Assembly: GCA_963718525.1 (NCBI GenBank)
Contig: OY970355.1
Span: 1,608,025 to 1,672,024, forward strand
Direction: 5' to 3'
Source of the DNA: Candidatus Dormiibacterota bacterium
Lineage (GTDB): Bacteria > Chloroflexota > Dormibacteria > Aeolococcales > Aeolococcaceae
DNA length: 64,000 nt
How positions within the stretch are numbered: position 1 is the first letter of the stretch; every line of letters starts with the position of its first letter. This document shows positions 28,056 through 35,979 of this stretch, piece by piece. A program made the translations under genes and the position numbers. The notes below the pieces were generated by a model. That model had not been told where the DNA came from and did not search any database. It worked only from the letters and a program-made list of their open reading frames with translations.

Positions 28056-29053
28056 CCCGCGTCGGCCGGCGCCTCGGCCGGCCATTTGGCCAGGAGATCG
28101 CGAAGTTCGCCGACGTCGAGCCACTCCGTGTTGCTGTCGCTGCTGTAGTGGAACTCCTCGGCGACCCGCGCCCCTTCAGTGGTTGCGCGAGCGCCCCAGA
28201 AAGGATGTTCGGGAACGACGACGTAACACCAGCCCATGTCGAATGTATGCCTCGCCTCGTCCGATGTGATCAGGACCTCGTGCAACTTTTCGCCCGGCCT
28301 GATGCCGGTGTAGCGGATCGACACTCCGGGCGCGATCGCTTCCGCAAGGTCAACGACGCGCGTGCTGGGGATTTTGGGGATGAAAACCTCGCCACCCGCC
28401 ATCGTTGCGACGCAGTCGGCGACAAGTTGCACCGCCTGATCAAGCGTGATCCAGAAGCGGGTCATGCGCTCGTCGGTCACCGTCAGTTCGCCGGTGTCCG
28501 CCTGGCTGCGAAAGAGCGGCACCACGCTGCCGCGGGAACCGACCACGTTGCCGTAGCGAACGCACGAGAGGCGTACGTCATTCGGACCGGCGTACACGTT
28601 GGCCTGGACGAACAGCTTTTCAGCACAGAGTTTGGTGGCGCCGTACAGGCTCGCAGGACTCACCGCCTTGTCGGTGCTGAGCGCCACAGCGCGCGAGATA
28701 CCTGCCTCGATGCACACCTCGGCAACGTTCTGAGTCCCGAGGATGTTGGTCTGCACCGCCTCAAACGGGTTGTATTCGCAGGCGGGCACCTGCTTCATGG
28801 CGGCGGCGTGGATGACGATGTCCACGCCGTCGACGGCTCGCCGCAGCCTTTGGTGATCGCGTACGTCGCCGATCAGGAAGCGGAGCCGGTCGTCGCCGAA
28901 TGATCGCTGCATCTCCGACTGCTTGAGCTCGTCGCGGCTGAAGATGCGGATCGTCTTGGGATTCCATCGGGACAGCGCGGTGCGCGTGAAGTGATGGCCA
29001 AAGGAGCCGGTGCCCCCGGTCAGCAGGATTGTGCGCCCCTCGAAATAGTTCAA
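28052..29053 (-). CDS. pseB: UDP-N-acetylglucosamine 4,6-dehydratase (inverting)
   Basis: 333 aa, TTG start with a GAGGA SD 7 nt upstream. ILLTGGTGSFG...IFSRDELKQSEM...GDVRD...VIHAAAMKQVPACEYNPFEAVQTNILGTQNV...STDKAVSPASLYGATKLCAEK. Confidence 0.92.
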   Translation of the reverse strand: MNYFEGRTILLTGGTGSFGHHFTRTALSRWNPKTIRIFSRDELKQSEMQRSFGDDRLRFLIGDVRDHQRLRRAVDGVDIVIHAAAMKQVPACEYNPFEAVQTNILGTQNVAEVCIEAGISRAVALSTDKAVSPASLYGATKLCAEKLFVQANVYAGPNDVRLSCVRYGNVVGSRGSVVPLFRSQADTGELTVTDERMTRFWITLDQAVQLVADCVATMAGGEVFIPKIPSTRVVDLAEAIAPGVSIRYTGIRPGEKLHEVLITSDEARHTFDMGWCYVVVPEHPFWGARATTEGARVAEEFHYSSDSNTEWLDVGELRDLLAKWPAEAPADAG

Positions 29054-29234
29054 AGTCGATCCTCATTCTCAGGCAATACGGTCGCGGGTAGCCTACGGGA
29101 GCCCACTGCGGTGACGTCGCCGCGATCAGCCAGTGGTTGTGGCGTCTCCGTCTAAACTCGCTTGTTGCACCGAGTCGTCCCTGGTGCGTCACTCACGGCA
29201 CTGCGCCCGCCACACCGCTCGCAGGAGACACTCG

Positions 29235-30107
29235 ATGGAACTCGCGCTCCACTTCATGAACTTCACCCTCCCGGGTGGGAGCAAGGCGCTCGGCCCAACC
29301 CTTGCAGAGACTGCTCAGGCTGCCGAGGAGGCCGGCTGCTCCACCTTCACGATGATGGACCACTGGTTTCAGATGGAGGGGTTCGCGACCGCCCAGGATC
29401 CGATGCTCGAGGGCTATACCTCGCTCGGCTTTGTGGCCGGGAAGACCGAGCGCATCACCCTGTCGCTGATGGTCACCGGGGTCACCTATCGGTATCCGGG
29501 CCTCCTTGCAAAGATCGTGACCACGCTCGACATCGTCTCCGGCGGACGCGCCATGCTCGGCATCGGGGCCGCCTGGTACGAGCGCGAGCACCGTGCGCTC
29601 GGCGTGCCCTTCCCGCCCATTTCGGAACGCTTCGAGATGCTCGAAGAGGCGATTCAGATCTGCAACCAGATGTGGAGCGACAACGACGGTCCCTACGACG
29701 GGAAGCACTACCACCTGGCGGAAACCCTGTGTCACCCGCAGCCGGTGCAGCAGCCGCGCCCCCCGATCCTCATCGGCGGCGGCGGCGAGCGAAAGACACT
29801 CAAGCTCGTCGCTCGCTACGCGGATGCGTGCAACCTGTTCGCCCTCGGGCCCGAGGAGGTGAAGCGCAAGCTCGACATCCTCGCGCAGCACTGCGAGAAC
29901 GAGGGCCGGGACATGGCCACCATCAAGAAGACCATTCAGGGCGGCGCCGATCCCGTCAAGGACACGAACGGGTTCCTCAGGGACATGGAGGCGTACGCAA
30001 AGCTGGGCATCGCTATGGTGGGCGTGCGGAATACCTCGCCCGACCCGGTCACGACGGCAAGGGAGCTGTCCAAGATCGTGCCGCTGCTCGCTCAGATCGG
30101 CCCCTGA
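29235..30107 (+). CDS. LLM-class F420-dependent oxidoreductase
   Basis: 290 aa from ATG 29235 with an AGGAGA SD. MELALHFMNFTLPGG...FTMMDHWFQMEG...GGRAMLGIGAAWYEREH...PPILIGGGGERKTL. Confidence 0.82.
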   Translation: MELALHFMNFTLPGGSKALGPTLAETAQAAEEAGCSTFTMMDHWFQMEGFATAQDPMLEGYTSLGFVAGKTERITLSLMVTGVTYRYPGLLAKIVTTLDIVSGGRAMLGIGAAWYEREHRALGVPFPPISERFEMLEEAIQICNQMWSDNDGPYDGKHYHLAETLCHPQPVQQPRPPILIGGGGERKTLKLVARYADACNLFALGPEEVKRKLDILAQHCENEGRDMATIKKTIQGGADPVKDTNGFLRDMEAYAKLGIAMVGVRNTSPDPVTTARELSKIVPLLAQIGP

Positions 30108-30202
30108 GCCCGCAGCGACAGTCGAGGTCGGGAATCCCCGTGGCACCTGGTAGCCGAGGATAGCCAGAAGAGCCGCACGGCAGCTAAACTGAATGACGGA
30201 TT

Positions 30203-30220
30203 TACTGCTATACTGCAATC
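30203..30220 (+). promoter_or_regulatory. putative leaderless promoter/operator of the TA operon
   Basis: TATACT at 30209-30214, only 6 nt before ATG 30221, with no SD. Direct repeat TACTGC at 30203-30208 and 30211-30216. Confidence 0.4.
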
Positions 30221-30508
30221 ATGGCAGAGGATCACTCGTTCGTGACCGTGCAGGGCCGAGGCCTCATCGCCATCCCTACAGCCATCAGGCGCCGCTTCGG
30301 TTTGGACCAACCCGGAGCGCAGGTCGAGGTCATCGAGCGAGAAGGGGAGATCGTGCTGCGCCCGCACGTGGCCGTCCCGGCCGACCAGGCGTGGTTCTGG
30401 ACCGAGCGATGGCGGCAGATGGAACGCGAGGCGGACGACGCCATCGCCGCTGGGCGTATCACCAGCGTTGCCGGTGTCGAGGAGCTCCTGACCAATCTCA
30501 ACTCGTGA
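30221..30508 (+). CDS. AbrB/MazE/SpoVT-family antitoxin
   Basis: 95 aa. N-terminal swapped-hairpin pattern FVTVQGRGLIAIPTAIRRRFGLDQPGAQVEVIEREGEIVLRP. GTGA overlap with the downstream gene. Confidence 0.8.
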   Translation: MAEDHSFVTVQGRGLIAIPTAIRRRFGLDQPGAQVEVIEREGEIVLRPHVAVPADQAWFWTERWRQMEREADDAIAAGRITSVAGVEELLTNLNS

Positions 30509-30831
30509 GGTTCGAGCTGACCGAACCGTTCAAGGCTGATTACCAGCAACTCGCCGAGGACGAACGCGAGAAGTTCCGCACCGCGGCCCGCACGTTCAAC
30601 ACGGCCTGCGATCACTTCGTCGACACCAAGGACCCGTCGTCATGGCCGGGCAACCTGCGCGTGAAGGCGGTCGCCAATGCCCAAGGCATCTTTGAGATGA
30701 CCTGGAGCTTCAGCGGGCCTGACGGCCGAGCCACCTGGGAGTGGACCATGGTCATCGACGCGGATGGACGCCACTGGCCGGCGGTGCGCTGGCGCCGGCT
30801 GGGAACTCACCGAATCTTCCACGAACCGTGA
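30505..30831 (+). CDS. putative RelE/ParE-superfamily toxin
   Basis: 108 aa from GTG 30505. Size, coupling to the antitoxin, and the blocks GIFEMTWSFSGPDGRATWEW...VRWRRLGTHRIF resemble RelE/ParE/Gp49-type toxins. Family placement is tentative. Confidence 0.65.
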   Translation: MRFELTEPFKADYQQLAEDEREKFRTAARTFNTACDHFVDTKDPSSWPGNLRVKAVANAQGIFEMTWSFSGPDGRATWEWTMVIDADGRHWPAVRWRRLGTHRIFHEP

Positions 30832-30932
30832 CCGCCCCACGTCACTCGTCATTGCAGCGATTCGACCTCTGCCCTCGTAGGCAGAGTTGACTGCCGCTCC
30901 CAAGGCAGCGGTCACCCGCTGATTAGCGAATT

Positions 30933-31007
30933 TGGTGGAGCGGGGGGACTCGAACCCCCGACCTCTGCCGTGCGAGGGCAGCGCTCTCCCAGCTGAGCTA
31001 CCGCCCC
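30933..31007 (-). tRNA. tRNA-Ala (anticodon CGC)
   Basis: The reverse complement folds as a cloverleaf. Acceptor GGGGCGG/CCGCTCC carries the G3:U70 Ala identity pair. Anticodon arm CTGCC-CTCGCAC-GGCAG. T arm GGGGG-TTCGAGT-CCCCC. The 3' CCA is encoded. Confidence 0.95.
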
Positions 31008-31061
31008 GGGACCAGGGTCACGCCGAGGCGTTCTGCAGTATAGGGCGGGCGCTCGGAGCGC

Positions 31062-31439
31062 CTACGAAGCCGTCCGGGTTGCGAAGAACGTTTTCACCGC
31101 CTCGGCCAGCGCCGGCAGGTTGAACGGCTTGGGGAGCATGCCGTCTGCCCCGGCGAGCCTCGCTGCTTCAGCCTCCTCGGAAAGGGCGCTGAACATGAGG
31201 ACAGGGGTCTGCGCGGTCGCTGCGTTCGCTCTGATGCGCCGGCAGGCCTCGATGCCGTCGATGCCCGGCATCATGATATCGAGGATGATCAGGTCGGGGC
31301 GGTCGGCAGCGGCGATCGCGACAGCCGCCTCGCCGTCGGAAACCGTCGACATCTCGTAGCCCTCGAGATCGAGATAACGGGACACCACCGACAGTACGCG
31401 CGGGTCATCGTCGGCGAGCAGAACGCGCGGCCGGGACAT
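31062..31439 (-). CDS. single-domain response regulator (CheY-like receiver)
   Basis: 125 aa from ATG 31437-31439. RVLLADDDPRVL...DLIILDIMMPGIDGIE...PVLMFSA...LPKPF. Confidence 0.9.
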   Translation of the reverse strand: MSRPRVLLADDDPRVLSVVSRYLDLEGYEMSTVSDGEAAVAIAAADRPDLIILDIMMPGIDGIEACRRIRANAATAQTPVLMFSALSEEAEAARLAGADGMLPKPFNLPALAEAVKTFFATRTAS

Positions 31440-31570
31440 TGCCCCCATGGTACGGAGGCGCCGTCGAAACGGGTGGCTGGTGTCCATTCCTTTACAGCCT
31501 GGATTCCCGGCGGATGAAACGCCCGCCGGGGCGGCCCCGGCACGACCGGTGGCTATACTCGCCGGCAGGC

Positions 31571-32524
31571 ATGTCGAGCACCCCGGCGTCCCTGGTTCTC
31601 TTCGGGATAGCGGTCGCCGCGTACACACTTGCCGTGGTTGCCTTCGTGCTGCACCTCGCCTTCCGCAAGCGGATCCTCGGCGACATCGGCATGGCGCTGG
31701 TGCTGATCGGCTGGCCCCTCCATTTCGCCTCGATCTTCACTCGCGCGCTCGAGGCCGGCCACTGGCCTCTCGGCAACATGTACGAGTACTCGACCGGGAT
31801 CGCATTCGTGATCGTCACCGTCTCGGTGATCCTCATGGTCCGGGCTCGCATGCGGCTCATCGGGCTGCCGGCGATGATCGTCACGGTCGCGCTGATGGGT
31901 GTCGCATACATGCTGTACGTGCCCCCCGGGCAGCTGGTCCCGGCGCTCCACAGCTACTGGCTGACGATCCACGTGACCTCGATGGCCACGTCCTCAGCGG
32001 TCCTGAGCTTCTCGTTCTTCTTCGGGATGGCGTACCTGGCGCGGCGCTGGGCCGACAACCGGCTGCTCGCCGTTGCGCCCGCGGCCGTACCGGCGAGCGT
32101 CAGCAGCGGCGGCGTGGCGACGATGACCATGGGGGGCGGCGGCTCAGGCGGCGGGTTCAGCACCGGGGGCGGCAGGCACCCGATGGCATCCTGGGTGCAG
32201 CGGGCGCTGCCGAATGCGGGAATGCTGGACGGCTGGAGCTACCGCTTCGTGATGATCGGATTTCCCATCTGGACGTTCGGGGTCATCTGCGGAGCCATCT
32301 GGGGCGAGCATGCCTGGGGCCGCTACTGGGGATGGGATCCAAAGGAGACGTTTGCGTTCATCACGTGGGTCGTGTTCGCGATCTACCTCCACGCGCGCGT
32401 GACCTACGGGTGGAAGGAGAAGCGGGCGGCGATCATCACGGCGTTCGGGTTCGCCGCCATCCTCTTCACGCTGTACGCCGTCAACCTCTGGATCGCGGGG
32501 CTGCACTCGTACGCTCGCGCCTGA
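31571..32524 (+). CDS. ccsA: c-type cytochrome biogenesis protein CcsA/ResC
   Basis: 317 aa from ATG 31571. Heme-handling W-rich motif WGEHAWGRYWGWDPKETFAFITW. Multiple TM helices. Confidence 0.88.
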   Translation: MSSTPASLVLFGIAVAAYTLAVVAFVLHLAFRKRILGDIGMALVLIGWPLHFASIFTRALEAGHWPLGNMYEYSTGIAFVIVTVSVILMVRARMRLIGLPAMIVTVALMGVAYMLYVPPGQLVPALHSYWLTIHVTSMATSSAVLSFSFFFGMAYLARRWADNRLLAVAPAAVPASVSSGGVATMTMGGGGSGGGFSTGGGRHPMASWVQRALPNAGMLDGWSYRFVMIGFPIWTFGVICGAIWGEHAWGRYWGWDPKETFAFITWVVFAIYLHARVTYGWKEKRAAIITAFGFAAILFTLYAVNLWIAGLHSYARA

Positions 32525-32692
32525 CACGGCGTCACGGCCGGTCGGGTCCCAGGGTTCTCCGCCGTTGGTCTGGGGTCGAAACGTAAGGGAGCGCCGCATC
32601 AGCGCCGGACGATCCCGTCGAGTTGCAGGCGTGACGCCACGTTGTAGCGTGAGTGCCCAGCGCGCAGCGAAGAGGAAAAGACAGCGACGCGG

Positions 32693-32785
32693 CTAACCGC
32701 GGCGCGCCCACCTCGTCTTCTTCAGCATCTTCTTATGCTTGTGCTTGCGCATCTTCTTGCGCCGCTTCTTGATTACCGAACCCAT
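32693..32785 (-). CDS. 30S ribosomal protein bS22 (AURKAIP1/COX24-domain mini-protein)
   Basis: 30 aa, MGSVIKKRRKKMRKHKHKKMLKKTRWARRG. This closely matches the mycobacterial bS22 pattern MGSVIKKRRKRM..KKHRKLL..TR as I recall it. It appears only as the tail of a spurious 79-aa track ORF. Confidence 0.8.
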   Translation of the reverse strand: MGSVIKKRRKKMRKHKHKKMLKKTRWARRG

Positions 32786-32795
32786 CTGCCAACGA

Positions 32796-33290
32796 CTATA
32801 GCGGTCCGAGCCGCGCAAAGGCCTCCCGCAGATGCGCGGCGGTGGTCTCGAGGGCCTGGGGCAGCACCTTGACGTCGCCCAGCACAGGCATGAAGTTGGT
32901 GTCTCCGGACCAGCGCGGCACGACGTGGACATGGACGTGCTCGGCGCTCGCGCCCGCGGCGCTCCCCTGATTGACGCCGATATTGAAGCCGTCCGGGTGC
33001 ATCACCCCGGTCAGCGCGCGGACGGCGCGTTGCGTTGCCGCAAACATCGCCCCTCCCTCCTCGGGCGTCAGCGTGAGCACTCCCGCCGCATGCCGTATCG
33101 GCACGACCATCAGATGTCCGCTCGTGTACGGATAGCGGTTCATCAGGATGAAGGCGAGATCGCCGCGGTCGACCACCAGCGATGCATCGCCGGTGCCACT
33201 CGCTGCCGCACACAGGAAGCATCCTTCGCCGCTCTCCTGTGGGGTGCTCGACACGTAGGCCATTCGCCAGGGCGCCCAGAGATGCTTCAC
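32796..33290 (-). CDS. HIT-family nucleotide hydrolase/transferase
   Basis: 164 aa with histidine triad HVHVHVVPR and an N-terminal CxxC-like FLCAA context. Confidence 0.9.
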   Translation of the reverse strand: MKHLWAPWRMAYVSSTPQESGEGCFLCAAASGTGDASLVVDRGDLAFILMNRYPYTSGHLMVVPIRHAAGVLTLTPEEGGAMFAATQRAVRALTGVMHPDGFNIGVNQGSAAGASAEHVHVHVVPRWSGDTNFMPVLGDVKVLPQALETTAAHLREAFARLGPL

Positions 33291-33312
33291 GCCACGACGT
33301 TCGCCGACCGTC

Positions 33313-33759
33313 TCACGGTGAGAGCAGGGTCAGGGTCACGACGACATTGCCGCGAACGGCGTTCGAATACGGGCAGCGCTGTTCCGCCTCTTCGATCAGC
33401 GCCAGCGCCTGCTCCCGGTCGGCGAGCGAGGGAAGCGTGATCAGCAACTCGACCGCCAGGCCGAGACGCCCCGCCTCGATCCGTCCGATGCCGACGCGAG
33501 CAGTCACCGTCGCATCCTCGACCTCCAGGCCCTTGCGACGCGCGATCCCGAGCATCGCGTTCTCCCAGCACGCCGCAAAGCCGAGCGCGAAGAGCTGCTC
33601 CGGGTTCGTCCCGCGAGCTCCGTCGCCACCCATCTCCTTCGGCGACGTGAAGTCGACCTCGACGACGCCGTCGGAGGTGACTCCGTGGCCGCGACGCCCG
33701 CCTTTGACGGTTGCCTCGGCGGTGTAGAGGATTCGTGGACTGTGCTCGCTGTCGCTCAT
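33313..33759 (-). CDS. ohr: organic hydroperoxide resistance protein (Ohr/OsmC family)
   Basis: 148 aa. GTNPEQLFALGFAACWENA... and the second Cys context QRCPYSNAVRGN. Confidence 0.88.
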   Translation of the reverse strand: MSDSEHSPRILYTAEATVKGGRRGHGVTSDGVVEVDFTSPKEMGGDGARGTNPEQLFALGFAACWENAMLGIARRKGLEVEDATVTARVGIGRIEAGRLGLAVELLITLPSLADREQALALIEEAEQRCPYSNAVRGNVVVTLTLLSP

Positions 33760-33848
33760 GATTTCTCCGAATCACCGCGGACGTGATCAATCCATCTTAT
33801 GGATGGCGGTCCCCACGATGATCGCTCGGTCCCACCGGACCCAGATGG

Positions 33849-34892
33849 TCAGACGGTGACCGCGATCTTGGTGCGCACCTGGTCCGAGAAATGACAGGCG
33901 GCGAGATGCCCGGCGGCTTTGAGCTCGAGCGGCGGTTCGACGTCGGCGCACACGCCCGGAACCTGCGCGATGGGACAGCGGGTGTGAAAACGACATCCCG
34001 ACGGCGGGTTCAGCGGCGACGGGATCTCGCCCGAGAGCTCGACCAGCCTGCGCTTCGATTCAATGCGCGGATCGGGGACGGGAATCGAGGAGAGCAGTGC
34101 TCGCGTGTACGGATGTTCCTGCGAGGTGTACAGATCCTCGCTCGGCGCCACCTCGACGATCTTGCCGAGGTACATCACCATGACTCGATTGCTGATGTGC
34201 CGGACCACGGAAAGGTCATGCGCGATGAAGAGATACGTGAGTTGGAACTCGCGCTGGAGATCCTCGAGCAGGTTGATGATCTGCGCCTGGATGGAGACGT
34301 CGAGCGCTGACACCGGCTCGTCGCAGATGATCAACTTTGGGTTCAGCGCCAATGCGCGGGCGATCCCGATGCGCTGTCGCTGACCACCACTGAACTCATG
34401 CGGATAGCGGTTGTTGAAGTAGGGGTTCAGCCCAACGGTGCGGAGCAGCTCCTGCACTCGCGCGTCCTTCGCTCGCCCGCTGATCATCTTGAAGTTGACC
34501 AGGGGCTCGGCGATGATGTCGCCAACCGTCATGCGCGGGTCGAGTGATGCATACGGATCCTGGAAGATCATCTGCAGCTGCTTGCGCTGCTGGCGCAATT
34601 TCTCGCTGCGCAGCTTGGTGATGTCGACGCCGTCGAGGTAGACCTCGCCTGAGGTCACCGGGAGGAGTTGAGTGATCAGTCTGCCGAGCGTCGACTTGCC
34701 ACATCCGGACTCGCCGACGAGGCCGACCGTCTCGCCCGGGAGGATGTCGAAGCTCACTCCGTCGACGGCTTTCACCGACGAACCAACTCCTGCGCCGAAA
34801 TACTTCACCACGTTGACCACACGGAGCAGCGGTTCGACAGCGGGCACGACGCGCGCCGCCGGGGCGGCGACCGTGTCAGTCATTGACAACAT
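33849..34892 (-). CDS. peptide ABC transporter ATP-binding protein (OppF/DppF type)
   Basis: 347 aa. Walker A GESGCGKST, signature FSGGQRQRIGIARAL, Walker B LIICDEPVSALD, and the C-terminal oligopeptide TOBE-like CRFHTRCP. Confidence 0.92.
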   Translation of the reverse strand: MLSMTDTVAAPAARVVPAVEPLLRVVNVVKYFGAGVGSSVKAVDGVSFDILPGETVGLVGESGCGKSTLGRLITQLLPVTSGEVYLDGVDITKLRSEKLRQQRKQLQMIFQDPYASLDPRMTVGDIIAEPLVNFKMISGRAKDARVQELLRTVGLNPYFNNRYPHEFSGGQRQRIGIARALALNPKLIICDEPVSALDVSIQAQIINLLEDLQREFQLTYLFIAHDLSVVRHISNRVMVMYLGKIVEVAPSEDLYTSQEHPYTRALLSSIPVPDPRIESKRRLVELSGEIPSPLNPPSGCRFHTRCPIAQVPGVCADVEPPLELKAAGHLAACHFSDQVRTKIAVTV

Positions 34893-35979
34893 CGCCTATC
34901 GCCGCGGGCACCTCGGCGGCGGGGAGGGTGCGCCTACCCGGATGCACACCGCTTGCAGCGCCGGGGCTCGTGTCCGTGATGGTGCCGGCGCCCATCTCCG
35001 CGTACGCGCGCTCCATGGTCACCCAGCAGGCTGCGTGCTGCGCGGGGGCGACCTGTTCGATCGGCGGCGATTCGCTGAAGCAGCGCTCGACGCGGAACGG
35101 GCAGCGCGGGTTGAACTTGCAGCCTTGAGGCAGGTCGATGAGATCCGGTGGAAGTCCCTCGATGGAGAGTAGACGATGCCCACGACTTGCATCGATGCGC
35201 GGTACCGAGCGCAGCAGCGACCACGTGTAGGGATGCTGCGGCCGCTCGAAGATCTGCTCGGCTGTTCCTTCCTCGACGATCTCGCCGGCGTACATGACGA
35301 GCACGCGCTTGCACAGACCGGCCACAACGCCGAGGTTGTGCGTGATGAGGATGATCGCGGCGCCGGTCTGCTCGTTGAGGTCGCGGAGTAACTCGAGGAT
35401 CTGTGCCTGCACGGTCACGTCGAGCGCGGTGGTCGGCTCATCAGCGATCAACAGGTCGGGCTTGTTGGAGAGCCCCATGGCGATCATGGCGCGCTGGCGC
35501 ATCCCGCCACTGAACTGGTGGGGGAAGTCGTTGATACGGCGCTCGGCATCCGAAACGCGCACCTGTCTGAGCAGATCGATGCCGCGCCGCCGGACATCAT
35601 CTTTGGGGATCTTGTCGTGGGCGTACATCGCCTCGTCGATCTGGTAGCCGACGCGCAGCACCGGGTTCATCGAGCTGAGCGGATCCTGAAAGATCATCGC
35701 GATGTCACGCCCACGGATGTTGCGCAACTCTTCCTTGGTGAACTTCAGCAGATCGCGTCCCTTGAACATGATCTCGCCGCCGACCACCTTGCCCGGTCGC
35801 TGGACGAGACCGAGGACCGACATGGCCGTGACGCTCTTGCCGCAGCCGGACTCACCGACGATGCCGAGGGTTTCGCCCGGCGACACACTGAAGCTGACGC
35901 CTCGAACGGCCTTGACCTCCCCGTCATCGGTGAAGAAGTGCGTGCTGAGGTTGCGAACCTCGAGGATCGGATCCGTCAC
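34876..35979 (-). CDS. peptide ABC transporter ATP-binding protein (OppD/DppD type)
   Basis: 367 aa. GESGCGKSVT, FSGGMRQRAMIAMGL, LLIADEPTTALD, CKFNPRCPF. Confidence 0.92.
   Translation of the reverse strand: MTDPILEVRNLSTHFFTDDGEVKAVRGVSFSVSPGETLGIVGESGCGKSVTAMSVLGLVQRPGKVVGGEIMFKGRDLLKFTKEELRNIRGRDIAMIFQDPLSSMNPVLRVGYQIDEAMYAHDKIPKDDVRRRGIDLLRQVRVSDAERRINDFPHQFSGGMRQRAMIAMGLSNKPDLLIADEPTTALDVTVQAQILELLRDLNEQTGAAIILITHNLGVVAGLCKRVLVMYAGEIVEEGTAEQIFERPQHPYTWSLLRSVPRIDASRGHRLLSIEGLPPDLIDLPQGCKFNPRCPFRVERCFSESPPIEQVAPAQHAACWVTMERAYAEMGAGTITDTSPGAASGVHPGRRTLPAAEVPAAIGDVVND

Noticed and set aside
29054-29234. 181-nt divergent spacer between pseB and the LLM oxidoreductase, examined for a riboswitch or small ORF
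   Set aside because: There are no recognisable conserved RNA motifs or convincing repeats. It is adequately explained as two divergent promoters plus the SD sequences.
32528-32638. 9-bp inverted repeat GGCGTCACG / CGTGACGCC, 93 nt apart, in the ccsA / bS22 convergent spacer; possible structured RNA
   Set aside because: The loop is long with no convincing nested helices, and I recognise no covariation data or known RNA motif. It is more likely a loose bidirectional termination region.
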